A stretch of DNA of 64,000 bases from Acidobacteriota bacterium (GTDB lineage: Bacteria; Acidobacteriota; Thermoanaerobaculia; Gp7-AA8). The stretch is taken from the NCBI GenBank assembly GCA_019244185.1, contig JAFATB010000014.1:352001-416000 (forward strand), written 5' to 3'. This document shows, one piece after another, positions 50,134 through 59,674 of the stretch. Position numbers and translations under genes: made by a program. How positions within the stretch are numbered: position 1 is the stretch's first letter; each line of letters begins with the position of its first letter. The notes below the pieces were generated by a model. The model was not told the DNA's origin and made no database searches. It worked only from the letters and a program-made list of their open reading frames with translations.

Positions 50134-51022
50134 ATGAGAGTCGTGCTCGCGTGGATCGTGCTGAGTGTCGCCGCGACGAACGCGTTCGCGGCGGCGCGGC
50201 ATACGAAGCCGTTCTGGAAAGCGATCGTCGACAGCGGCTTCGCGGTGCCGGCCGGCGAGCAGCCGGGCGCGCTGGTGATGGAGCTGACGGCGGACTTCTC
50301 GTCGCCGGATCCCGTGCTGCGCGACGACTACGCGTACTCGATCCTCGCGCAGTGGGTGTACGCGAAACGGCTCTTCACGCCCGCGGAGCTTCGTTCCTTC
50401 ATCGCCGCGTGGACGGCCAGGCTGCGCGTCGGACTCGACGATCATCGCGTGAGCGCGGTGCTCGGCCGCTCGTTCTCCGCGCTCGCGCTCTCGACCGTCG
50501 CCGCGCTCGACAACGAGCAGCCGTTTCTCGAGAAACTGGAGTTCGACGCGCTGCTCGGCCACGCGCTCGCGTACCTGCACGACGAGCGCGATCTCCGCGG
50601 CTTCGACGACCGCGCCGGCTGGCTCCACGCTACCGCGCACACCGCCGACCTCCTGAAGTTCCTCGCGCGCAGCCGGCACCTCGATCCCGAACAACAGCCG
50701 CGCATCTTCGCGGCGCTCGTCGCGAGGCTCGACTCCGCGGACGTCGCGTTCGCGCACGGCGAGGAGACGCGGCTCGCGCGTGCGGCACTCTCGCTGTTTG
50801 TGCGCGCGGACTTCGACGCCACGGTGGGGCACGAAGTGGATCGACGCGATCGCCGTTCCAAAGTACGCGGCGGACGAGCGCGTGCTCGTACGGCGCGGCA
50901 ACCTCGAACGCTTTCTCACCGCGCTCTACGTCCTCATCGCCACTGATCCGCGACTCGGCGACGCACCGCAGGCGCGCCAGCTGCGCGCGTCGATCGACGC
51001 GGCTCTCGTCCAGCTCCGGTGA
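50134..51022 (+). pseudogene. DUF2785-like secreted protein with a +1 frameshift near the G4 run 50826-50829
   Basis: SPDPVLRDD, RSFSAL, ERDLRGF...GWLHATAHTAD and GEETRLA. Protein-like sequence continues in the shifted frame (TKWIDA...LVQLR), whose TGA overlaps the next GTG. Confidence 0.75.
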
Positions 51023-51420
51023 GTCCCATGCGTTCGTTCGACGACACGCCGTTCAATCGCGAGCTCGGCTTCACGCTCGTCGAATATGGCGACGGCCGCG
51101 CGTCCGTGGCCGCTGGCGTGTCGCCGTGGTTCCTGCAGGAGAACGGCGTCGTGCACGGCGGCGTGCTCGCGGCGCTCGCCGATACGGCCGGCGTCTACGC
51201 GCTGCGCGGCGACGCGCGCTTCAGCGGAGCACTGACCGGGGTCGAGCTCAAGATCAACTTTCTCGAAGCCGCGCGTCCCGACCGCGGTCCGCTCGTCGCC
51301 ACCGCGCGCGTCCTCCGCCGCGGCCGCACCCTCGGCATCTGCGAGGCGAATGTGAAGCAACGCGAAATCCTCGTCGCGACGGCGCTGCTCACGTATTTGT
51401 TCCTCGCGCGGCGGCAGTAG
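51019..51420 (+). CDS. PaaI-family hotdog thioesterase
   Basis: PFNRELG, NGVVHGGVLAALADTA and ELKINFL. Confidence 0.9.
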   Translation: MSPMRSFDDTPFNRELGFTLVEYGDGRASVAAGVSPWFLQENGVVHGGVLAALADTAGVYALRGDARFSGALTGVELKINFLEAARPDRGPLVATARVLRRGRTLGICEANVKQREILVATALLTYLFLARRQ

Positions 51421-51421
51421 C

Positions 51422-52267
51422 ATGTACGCCATGATCGACCGCACGATCTACGAGACGAGCTCGGTGCAGATCGGCGTCTTCCGCTGCTCGGCCGACGATC
51501 CGTCGTTCGGCGATTCCGGTCCGATCGAGACGTTCTGCTTCGTCTTCCCGCGCTCGTCGGTCGTGATCGAACATCGCGAGGGCACGCCGTTCGTCGCCGA
51601 TCCGAACGTCGTCGTGCTGTACAACCGCGGGCAGCTCTACCGGCGCAAAGCGGTGAGCGCGGACGGCGATCGCTGCGACTGGTTCGCGGTGTCGGAAGCG
51701 GTGATGCGTGACGCGGTCGGCCGCTACGATGCGCGCGCTGCCGAAGCGAGCGAACGGCCGGTGCGCTTCGCGCGCGTCGCGTCGGACTCGCGGCTCTATC
51801 GCGAGCAGCGCGAGCTGTTCGTGGCCGTGCGCGAACGGCGCGCCGATCCGCTCGACGTCGAAGAGCGCGTCGTCGGCATGCTCGCGCGTCTCCTGCGCAG
51901 CGCGTATGACGCGTCGCCGCGATCGACGGCCGCGAACGCGCGCGCCGACTCCGAGCTCGTTCACGCCGCGCGCGCGTTTCTCGGACGGCACTTCGCCGAA
52001 CCGCTCGCGCTCGCGGACGTCGCTTCCGGGGTGCACGCGTCGGTCTTTCATCTCTGCCGCACGTTCCGGCGCCAGACCGGGATGACGCTGCACGCGTATC
52101 GCGAACAGCTGCGGCTGCGCGCATCGATCGAGGCCATCGAGCGAACGAGCGATCTCACCGAGGTCGCACTCGATCACGGGTACTCGAGCCATAGCCATTA
52201 CACGGCTCGCTTCCGGAGAACATTCGGACTCGCGCCGTCCGCGTTGCGGCGCGCGATCGGCAACTGA
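51422..52267 (+). CDS. AraC-family transcriptional regulator (paralog 2)
   Basis: SVFHLCRTFRRQTG...VALDHGYSSHSHYTARFRRTFG; N-terminal domain homologous to paralog 1. Confidence 0.93.
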   Translation: MYAMIDRTIYETSSVQIGVFRCSADDPSFGDSGPIETFCFVFPRSSVVIEHREGTPFVADPNVVVLYNRGQLYRRKAVSADGDRCDWFAVSEAVMRDAVGRYDARAAEASERPVRFARVASDSRLYREQRELFVAVRERRADPLDVEERVVGMLARLLRSAYDASPRSTAANARADSELVHAARAFLGRHFAEPLALADVASGVHASVFHLCRTFRRQTGMTLHAYREQLRLRASIEAIERTSDLTEVALDHGYSSHSHYTARFRRTFGLAPSALRRAIGN

Positions 52268-52284
52268 GCAAGATGGTGATAGCG
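52268..52284 (+). promoter_or_regulatory. Putative AraC box 3 (GCAAGATGGTGATAGCG)
   Basis: Immediately after the AraC2 stop, 31 nt upstream of ATG 52316. Confidence 0.7.
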
Positions 52285-52315
52285 ACGGTGCGCGCCGCGC
52301 CGCTAGAACGGAGCG

Positions 52316-53992
52316 ATGTTCACGATCGTCGCGCTCGTTCTCGCCGCCGTGCTCGCGCAGGCCGTTCCGCCGCCCGCCACGCCTCCCGGATTGCAGGAAG
52401 GTCTCGCGTTTGCGCAAGCGAAAGACTGGACGCACGCGGCTGAGGTGCTGCGCGGCGTGACCGCGCGCGAGCCGAAGAACGCGCTCGCGTTTCGCGTCCT
52501 CGCGCTCTCGCTCATCCGCCTCGGCAAGTACGACGACGCGCTGACGGCGCTCGCGACCGCACGCACGCTCGATCCGCGCTCCGGCGCGGCGATCTACAAC
52601 ACCGCCGTCGCGTACGCGCTGTCAGGACGGACGGACGATGCGATCGCGTGGCTGCGGGAGGCGAAGGCATCGCGTCGCGTCGACCTCACGGGAGCCGCGG
52701 CGGACAACGATCTCGCATCGCTGCACAACGACGCGCGGTTCGTCGCGCTGCTGCCGAAGCCCGAAGACTTCGCACAGCCGTTCGTCGAGCACGTGAAGGT
52801 GATCCGCGAATGGGACGGCGAACATGCGGAGGATCAATTCGGCTGGATCGCGCGGCCGATCGGCGACGTCGACGGCGACCGCGTGCCCGACTTCGTCACG
52901 TCTGCGCCGACCTCCGGCGCGAACGGCACGAACGCCGGCCGCATCTACGTCTACTCGACGAAATCGGGCGCGCTGCTCTGGAAGGCCGACGGCGAGGCGG
53001 AAGACCAGCTGGGCACCGGCGTCGAGGCCGCGGGCGACACGAACAAAGACGGCATTCCGGATGTCATCGCCGCCGCACCCGGCCACTCGAAGGCATTCGT
53101 TTATTCAGGCAGAGACGGCGCGGTGCTCTTCACGATGCATGGAGAGAAGGAAGACGACGAGTTCGGGAACCACGCCTCGGGATGCGGTGACGTCGACGGC
53201 GACGGCTACGCGGACGTGCTCGTCGGCGCGCCGGGCAACGACGCCGCGGGCGCTGACGCGGGACGCGCGTACGTCTACTCCGGGAAAGATGGACATCCAT
53301 TGTTCGTCTTCACCGGCGAGCGCGCCGGCGATCGCTTCGGCAGCACCGTCGCCGGCGCGACGAACGGCAAGCAGCGGTTCCTGCTCGTCGGCGCGCCCAA
53401 AGCCGGTCCGCGCAAGACCGGCCGCACGTATGTCTACGACGCGCTCTCCGACAAGCCGAGGTTCGTCATCGACTCCGACGCCACCGGCAATGCGCTTGGC
53501 CTCATGTTCCTCTCCGTACTCGGCGACACGAACGGCGACGGCATCGCCGACGTCTACGCCTCCGACTGGTCGAATGCCGCGAACGGCGCGTCCACGGGCC
53601 GCGTCTACGTGCACTCCGGCGCCGACGGCGCGCGCCTCCTCACGCTCACCGGCGAAACGGCGGGCGAGGGATTCGGAACGTGTCCCGCGAAAGCAGGCGA
53701 CGTGGATGGCGACGGACGCGCGGACCTCATCGTCGGCGCGTGGCAGTACGCCGGTGCCGCGGTTTCCGGCGGACGCATCTCGCTCTACTCGGGTCGCGAT
53801 GGCCATCGCATGCGCACGTACACCTCGCGCGTGCCGGGCGAGACGCTCGGCTTCGACGCGCAAGGGATGGGCGATGTCGACGGCGATGGCACGGTGGATT
53901 TTCTCGTGACGTCCGGCTGGAGCGGCGTGCACGGCCATCACAGCGGACGCGTCTTCGTGATCTCCAGCGGCGTGAAAGCGAAGCGGCGCTAG
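52316..53992 (+). CDS. Secreted TPR plus FG-GAP (integrin-alpha-like beta-propeller) protein
   Basis: Signal peptide, TPR helices, and repeated FG...GDVDGDG..D...GAP...GR.YVYSG. Confidence 0.9.
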   Translation: MFTIVALVLAAVLAQAVPPPATPPGLQEGLAFAQAKDWTHAAEVLRGVTAREPKNALAFRVLALSLIRLGKYDDALTALATARTLDPRSGAAIYNTAVAYALSGRTDDAIAWLREAKASRRVDLTGAAADNDLASLHNDARFVALLPKPEDFAQPFVEHVKVIREWDGEHAEDQFGWIARPIGDVDGDRVPDFVTSAPTSGANGTNAGRIYVYSTKSGALLWKADGEAEDQLGTGVEAAGDTNKDGIPDVIAAAPGHSKAFVYSGRDGAVLFTMHGEKEDDEFGNHASGCGDVDGDGYADVLVGAPGNDAAGADAGRAYVYSGKDGHPLFVFTGERAGDRFGSTVAGATNGKQRFLLVGAPKAGPRKTGRTYVYDALSDKPRFVIDSDATGNALGLMFLSVLGDTNGDGIADVYASDWSNAANGASTGRVYVHSGADGARLLTLTGETAGEGFGTCPAKAGDVDGDGRADLIVGAWQYAGAAVSGGRISLYSGRDGHRMRTYTSRVPGETLGFDAQGMGDVDGDGTVDFLVTSGWSGVHGHHSGRVFVISSGVKAKRR

Positions 53993-54093
53993 TCGATCGC
54001 GGCCGTCACCTTCACCGAAGGTTTTCGACGAGACTCCGGCCGCACCGGCTACATTGGCCGACGCCCAAATCGGAACACGGATGGAGTGAGACG

Positions 54094-56157
54094 ATGACGA
54101 TCAGCCGCCGGGATTTCATCAAAACTGCTGCAGCCCTTGGTGCTTCGCTCGCGTGGGTCGGACCGGCCCATGGCTCGAGCGTCAACTGGCGCGAGCGGCG
54201 CGATCTGTATCCGCAAGGAGTCGCCTCGGGCGATCCCGACGCGCACAGCGTCATCCTCTGGACCCGGCGTCCGTTCACCGAGGGCGAACGGCATGTCCTG
54301 ACCGTGGAGGTCGCGGAGGATCAGGCGTTCCACCGCGTCATTGCGCACGCGCAGGCACCGGTCGCAAGCGCGTCCGATTGGACCACGCGCGTGTTGATCG
54401 GCGCACTGAAGCCGGCGCACACGTACTGGTATCGATTCACCGATGCCGACGGAAACGGCAGCCGCGTCGGCCGCACGATCACCGCGCCGTTGCCCGACGA
54501 TCCGCGCACGGTGACCTTCGCATTCGTGAGCTGTCAGGACGTCAACGAGGGCAAGCTCAACGCCTACCGGCGGATGATTTACGAAGACGAGCGCGCGCCG
54601 GCGGACAAGCAACTCGACTTCGTGCTGCACCTCGGCGATTTCATCTACGAGGTCGTCGAATACCCGGAGGAAGTCAAGACGCGCTACGACCGCACGATCT
54701 ATGAAGTCGCGCGCTTCACGGACGGCTTGAAGGGTGGCAACTTCCACGTCCCGCTGACGGTCGACGGCTACCGCGCGGTCTATAAAGGCTATCTCGCGGA
54801 TCCCGACCTTCAGGACGCGCGCGCGCGCTGGCCGTTCATCCCGATCTGGGACAACCACGAATTTTCGTGGATGGGCTGGCAAAGCATCGTGAAGGGCAGC
54901 GGCTATGAACAGCCGGGCCAGAGTGTCAAGATCGCGGCGAATCAGGCGTGGTTCGAGTATCTGCCCGCACGCGTCGCTCCGCCGAGCGGATCGCTCGATC
55001 ACTTCGGGCCGCCCGCGGTGAAGAACGTCGCGATCACGCAGTTCGACAGCAACGGTCTTGGGACGGAGCCGAACAATCTGATCGCGATCAACAGCCTGAA
55101 GGCTTACCGGGCATTACGCTACGGCCGCAACCTCGACCTGATCCTCACGGACCAGCATAGCTATCGGAACGCCGATCCGTTCAGCGATCCCTCGCTCGCT
55201 AAGCTCGGCGGCGACGAGTTCATCGGCATGTCTCCCGAACCTCTCATGCAGGTGCTCGACGGCGGGCGCGCGTACAACGGCGGCAACCCGCCCGCGGAAG
55301 TCAGCTTCAACGACGCGCACGTCCCCAATCCGCAGCGGAACGCGCCGCCGCAGACGATTCTTGGGGCGGAGCAGAAGGCATGGTTCAAAGAGAAGCTCAA
55401 GAGCTCGACGGCGACCTGGAAAATCTGGGGGAACTCGCAGGGCGCTCTCGATGCGCGCTCCGATCCGCAAAACCTGCCCCCGGGTCTCACCAAGGAATCG
55501 TGGCCGGCCAACACGTACGCCTTCATGGGCGCGAGTGATTACGGCGCCGCGTACATGGAGCGCGCGGAGATCTACGGCCTCGTGCGCGACGCAAAAATCA
55601 CAGGCTTCGGCATCGTCTCGGGCGATCGCCACAGCTTCTGGGCCGGCTACGCGACTTCCGAGCTTCCGCCGGGAAAATTCGATCCGGTCGGTCTGAGCTT
55701 CGTCGGCGCGTCACTCTCCAGCCCCGGCACCATGGAAGCGCTCGAGCATCGATTTCCGAAAGATTCCCCGCTGCGGCCGTTGTTTCTGGTGGACAAGCCG
55801 GGCGGCGGCCCGCCGGACTGGACTCACAACATGCTGCTGAGGCACGGCGTGCGTTCCTGCCTCGAATACGCGAAGAGCTTCGACCTGAAGCGCGCGCGGG
55901 CGCTGTCGAACCCCGATGTGGCTCCGCACCTCGAGTTCATCGATCTCGGCGGCCACGGTTACGCGACGGTCCGGTTGTCTCCGGCGGAGATGCGCACCGA
56001 GTTCGTCTGCATTCCGCGTCCTATCACGCGCAGCGAACGACCGGACGGCGGGCCGCTGCGGTATCGCGTCGTCCACACCGCTGCACTGTGGAAGCACGGA
56101 GAGCGGCCGCGGCTGAAACCGTCGGTGCTCGAAGGCGACGTCGGACTGTCGATCTGA
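54094..56157 (+). CDS. phoD: Alkaline phosphatase D family protein, Tat-exported
   Basis: SRRDFIK Tat signal, GVASGDP, LHLGDFIYE, WDNHE, ILGAEQKAW and SGDRH. Confidence 0.92.
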   Translation: MTISRRDFIKTAAALGASLAWVGPAHGSSVNWRERRDLYPQGVASGDPDAHSVILWTRRPFTEGERHVLTVEVAEDQAFHRVIAHAQAPVASASDWTTRVLIGALKPAHTYWYRFTDADGNGSRVGRTITAPLPDDPRTVTFAFVSCQDVNEGKLNAYRRMIYEDERAPADKQLDFVLHLGDFIYEVVEYPEEVKTRYDRTIYEVARFTDGLKGGNFHVPLTVDGYRAVYKGYLADPDLQDARARWPFIPIWDNHEFSWMGWQSIVKGSGYEQPGQSVKIAANQAWFEYLPARVAPPSGSLDHFGPPAVKNVAITQFDSNGLGTEPNNLIAINSLKAYRALRYGRNLDLILTDQHSYRNADPFSDPSLAKLGGDEFIGMSPEPLMQVLDGGRAYNGGNPPAEVSFNDAHVPNPQRNAPPQTILGAEQKAWFKEKLKSSTATWKIWGNSQGALDARSDPQNLPPGLTKESWPANTYAFMGASDYGAAYMERAEIYGLVRDAKITGFGIVSGDRHSFWAGYATSELPPGKFDPVGLSFVGASLSSPGTMEALEHRFPKDSPLRPLFLVDKPGGGPPDWTHNMLLRHGVRSCLEYAKSFDLKRARALSNPDVAPHLEFIDLGGHGYATVRLSPAEMRTEFVCIPRPITRSERPDGGPLRYRVVHTAALWKHGERPRLKPSVLEGDVGLSI

Positions 56158-56182
56158 CTCGCTGACGGCTGGTTCTTCTTCG

Positions 56183-56222
56183 GCGCGGCAGAGCCGGTTT
56201 CGGCCGGTTCTCCGCGCTTTTT
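56183..56222 (+). terminator. Rho-independent terminator after phoD
   Basis: GC-rich stem with TTCG loop followed by T5. Confidence 0.8.
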
Positions 56223-56312
56223 GGTGGGTGGGAGTACAATGACGGCTCCCAGAAAAATGGAATCTTCCGTCCCACCGGTATGTCCACTTCCCAGAGACAT
56301 AAGGAGACCAAC

Positions 56313-58265
56313 GTGTCCGAGACCCTGATCGCGGCGGACCCCGCCGAAGCTGTGGGCGCGGGCGCGGAACCGATCGTCAACGACTTGACCATTCATGTCG
56401 CGACGGTCAACGGTTCCGGCTCGCAATCGTCGAACAATGTTCTGATGCGGTCCATCTTCCAGATGGGCGTGCCGGTGAGCGGGAAGAACATGTTCCCCTC
56501 GAACATCGCCGGTCTCCCGACCTGGTTCACGATCCGCGCGAACAAGGACGGCTGGATCGGCCGCAAGAAGGAAGTCGACCTGATGGTCTGCATGAACGCG
56601 CAGACCGCGCGGGAAGACGTCGACGCGTTGCAGCCGGGCGCGCTCTGCATCTACGACGCGCCGCTCAACTGCAAGACCTTCCGCAACGACATTCACTTCT
56701 TCGAGGTGCCGTTCGCGAAGCTCGCCGCCGATCTCGCCGAGGACTCGAAGCTGCGCAAGCTGCTGACGAACATGATCTACGTCGGCATCGTCGCGGAGCT
56801 CATCGGCATCGACCGCGCGGAGATCGTCACCGCGATCACGAAGCAGTTCAAAGGCAAGAAGAAGGCGATCGATCCGAACGTCGCCGCGATCGACAAAGGC
56901 TTCGCGTACGCGCAGGCGAACCTGCCGCGGCAGAACCGCTGGCGCATCGAGCGGATGCACGCGACGGAAGGGAAGATCATCATCGACGGCAACGCCGCCG
57001 CCGCCATCGGCGCGATGTTCGGCGGCGTCACGGTCGTGACGTGGTATCCGATCACGCCGTCGTCGTCGCTCTGCGAGTCGCTCATCGACTACATGAAGGA
57101 GTACCGCATCGAGGAGGACGGCAAGGCGACGTTCGCAATCGTGCAAGCCGAAGACGAGCTCGCGGCCATCGGCATGGTCCTCGGCGCCGGCTGGGCGGGC
57201 GCGCGTTCGATGACGTCGACAGCCGGTCCCGGCGTCTCGCTCATGGCCGAGTTCATCGGCCTCGGCTACTTCGCCGAACTGCCCGGCGTGATCTGGGACA
57301 TCCAGCGCGTCGGTCCGTCGACCGGACTGCCGACGCGCACCGCGCAAGGCGACGTCAATCAGGTCGCGTATCTCTCGCACGGCGACACGCAGCACATCGT
57401 GCTGATCCCGTCGAGCGTCGGCGAGTGTTTCGAGTTCGCCAGTGAAGCGCTCGATCTCGCCGAGGAGTTCCAGACGCCCATCTTCGTGCTGAGCGATCTC
57501 GACCTCGGCATGAACAACTGGATGTCGGACCCGTTCCCGTATCCGACCAAGCCGATCAAGCGCGGCAAAGTGCTGAACGCGGAACGGCTCACGGAGCTGC
57601 AGGGCAAGTGGGGACGCTATGCGGACGTCGACGGCGACGGCATTGCGTGGCGCACGCTGCCCGGCACCGATCATCCGTTCGCGTCGTACTTCACGCGCGG
57701 CTCGGGCCACGACGCGCAGGGGCGCTACTCCGAGAAGCCGCAGGACTACAAGGACACGGTCGATCGTCTCGCGAAAAAGTACGAGACGGCGAAGCTTTTC
57801 GTGCCGCAGCCGGTCGTCGATCGCCGCGAGAACGCGAAGATCGGATTCATCGCGTACGGCACGACCACGTGGGCGCTCGAGGAGTCGCGCGATCAGCTGC
57901 GCCGCGAGCGCGGCATCGAGACGAGCTACTTCCGCCTGCGCGCGCTGCCGTTCACGGACGAGCTCAACGCGTTCATCGCCGCGCACGACCGCGTCTACAT
58001 CGTCGAGCAGAACCGCGACGGCCAGATGGGGGACATGATCCGCCTCGCCGCCGGCGAGGACCAGCGCAAGCTGCGGAAGATCCTGCACTACACCGGACTG
58101 CCGTGCGACGCGCGCACGATCACCGACGCCGTGCTGCAGATGGAGTCGACCATCGAGCTGCCGGAGCCGCTGCTGCTCGTGCGCGCCGAGGCGCGCCTCA
58201 CCGGCAGCGCCGTCGCGTTCGTTCCCGGCGCCGTCCCGCAGCGCGAAGTGCGGGTGGAGGACTAG
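56313..58265 (+). CDS. korA: 2-oxoacid:ferredoxin oxidoreductase, alpha (gamma-alpha fused) subunit
   Basis: NGSGS, WYPITPSS, QAEDELAA, TSTAGPG and QRVGPSTGLPTR; AAGGAG SD before GTG. Confidence 0.93.
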   Translation: MSETLIAADPAEAVGAGAEPIVNDLTIHVATVNGSGSQSSNNVLMRSIFQMGVPVSGKNMFPSNIAGLPTWFTIRANKDGWIGRKKEVDLMVCMNAQTAREDVDALQPGALCIYDAPLNCKTFRNDIHFFEVPFAKLAADLAEDSKLRKLLTNMIYVGIVAELIGIDRAEIVTAITKQFKGKKKAIDPNVAAIDKGFAYAQANLPRQNRWRIERMHATEGKIIIDGNAAAAIGAMFGGVTVVTWYPITPSSSLCESLIDYMKEYRIEEDGKATFAIVQAEDELAAIGMVLGAGWAGARSMTSTAGPGVSLMAEFIGLGYFAELPGVIWDIQRVGPSTGLPTRTAQGDVNQVAYLSHGDTQHIVLIPSSVGECFEFASEALDLAEEFQTPIFVLSDLDLGMNNWMSDPFPYPTKPIKRGKVLNAERLTELQGKWGRYADVDGDGIAWRTLPGTDHPFASYFTRGSGHDAQGRYSEKPQDYKDTVDRLAKKYETAKLFVPQPVVDRRENAKIGFIAYGTTTWALEESRDQLRRERGIETSYFRLRALPFTDELNAFIAAHDRVYIVEQNRDGQMGDMIRLAAGEDQRKLRKILHYTGLPCDARTITDAVLQMESTIELPEPLLLVRAEARLTGSAVAFVPGAVPQREVRVED

Positions 58266-58267
58266 TC

Positions 58268-59323
58268 ATGGCGGACAGCACACTGAAAATCGGCGCGGCC
58301 ACGGTTCCGACCGAGAACCGCCTCGGCCTCAAGGCGACGGATTATCACGGCGGCAAGTCGACGCTCTGCGCCGGCTGCGGCCACGACGCGATCAGCAACC
58401 AGATCATCCGCGCGTTCTACGAAATGAGCGTCAAGCCCGAGAGCGTGGCGAAGTTCTCCGGCATCGGCTGCTCGTCGAAAACGCCCGCGTACTTTCTACA
58501 GCGCTCGCACGGCTTCAACGCTGTGCACGGACGCATGCCCGCGATCGCGACCGGCGCGATCCTCGCGAATCACAAGCTGCAGGCCATCGGCGTGTCCGGC
58601 GACGGCGACACCGCCTCGATCGGCCTCGGCCAGTTCATGCACATGGTCCGGCGCAACATCCCGATGATCTACATCATCGAGAACAACGGCGTGTACGGCC
58701 TCACCAAAGGGCAGTTCTCCGCGACCGCGGATGAAGGCTCGCGTCTCAAGACCGGCGTCGTCAACGATCTGCCGCCGATGGATCTCTGCGCGCTCGCCGT
58801 GGAGCTCGGATGCGGCTTCGTCGCCCGCGGCTTCGCCGGCGATCCGAAGCAGATGGTGAACATCCTCAAGGCCGCCATCGCGCACGACGGACTCTCCGTC
58901 ATCGACGTCATCTCGCCCTGCGTCACGTTCAACAACCACGACTCGTCGACGAAGAGCTACACGTACGCGAAAGAGCACCAGGAGCTGCTGCACCAGATCG
59001 GCTTCGTGCCCGAGTACGAGCAGATCGAAGTCGATTACGAGGCCGGCACCGTGCGCGAGGTCGAGCTGCACGACGGCTCGAAGATCGTGCTCAAGAAGCT
59101 CGAGGAAGACTACGACCCGAGCGACGACGTGATGGCGCTGCAGCGCCTGCACCGCGCCGTCCGCGACGGCCACATGCTCACCGGCATCGTCCACCTCCGC
59201 CCCGAAAAGAAGAGCTTCATGCAGCTGCTCAACGTCGTCGACGAGCCGCTCACCACGCTGCCGCTCGAGCGCACGCGTCCTCCCCAGGAAGCGCTCGACG
59301 CGATCATGCGCGACCTGATGTAG
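58268..59323 (+). CDS. korB: 2-oxoacid:ferredoxin oxidoreductase, beta subunit
   Basis: CAGCGH, SGIGCSS, HGR, SGDGD, NNGVYGLTKGQ and SPCVTFN. Confidence 0.94.
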   Translation: MADSTLKIGAATVPTENRLGLKATDYHGGKSTLCAGCGHDAISNQIIRAFYEMSVKPESVAKFSGIGCSSKTPAYFLQRSHGFNAVHGRMPAIATGAILANHKLQAIGVSGDGDTASIGLGQFMHMVRRNIPMIYIIENNGVYGLTKGQFSATADEGSRLKTGVVNDLPPMDLCALAVELGCGFVARGFAGDPKQMVNILKAAIAHDGLSVIDVISPCVTFNNHDSSTKSYTYAKEHQELLHQIGFVPEYEQIEVDYEAGTVREVELHDGSKIVLKKLEEDYDPSDDVMALQRLHRAVRDGHMLTGIVHLRPEKKSFMQLLNVVDEPLTTLPLERTRPPQEALDAIMRDLM

Positions 59324-59334
59324 GCCTGCTTCCC

Positions 59335-59374
59335 CGTGGGATGCGCGCAAAAAAAAATTCGCGCGCATCCCACG
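59335..59374. other. Perfect 14-bp hairpin with an A9-containing loop
   Basis: cgtgggatgcgcgc-aaaaaaaaattc-gcgcgcatcccacg. Confidence 0.7.
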
Positions 59375-59415
59375 AAAATCGCGCGTCCGTGTCCGTCTCA
59401 TTCGGGGGAGATGGT

Positions 59416-59652
59416 GTGGCGCTGTACAAACGCAGGCCGTACGTTCTGGACTCCGATCTAGCCGTCTTCGAGGTTCGCCATGCGCCGGCGACGCGCGTGG
59501 CGAATCCCGGCATCTATCGCTGCACGGGCTGCGGTGAGGAGGTGCCTGTCGCGAAGGGACACCTGCTGCCGCGCGGCGAGCAGCACGAGCATGGGCCGGA
59601 AGACGGCAAAGTGGAGTGGCAGCTGATCGTGTTCGCGCAACAGAAGCGCTGA
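59416..59652 (+). CDS. Small Zn-ribbon-like protein (YjzC / 'protein L'-like), 78 aa
   Basis: GGGGGAG SD; MALYK...PGIYRCTGCGEE...LP...HEH...WQLIV. Confidence 0.7.
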   Translation: MALYKRRPYVLDSDLAVFEVRHAPATRVANPGIYRCTGCGEEVPVAKGHLLPRGEQHEHGPEDGKVEWQLIVFAQQKR

Positions 59653-59674
59653 CGCGGGCGTCGCGCGCGGATCG

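Noticed and set aside
52850-53900. Recurring ggcgacgtcgacggcgacgg sequences as a possible CRISPR or DNA repeat array
   Set aside because: They encode GDVDGDG FG-GAP protein repeats with synonymous variation and long in-frame spacing
54001-54060. Possible PHO box (gtcacc/ttcacc) upstream of phoD
   Set aside because: The repeats are not at the 11-bp spacing typical of PhoB/PhoP sites; too weak to call
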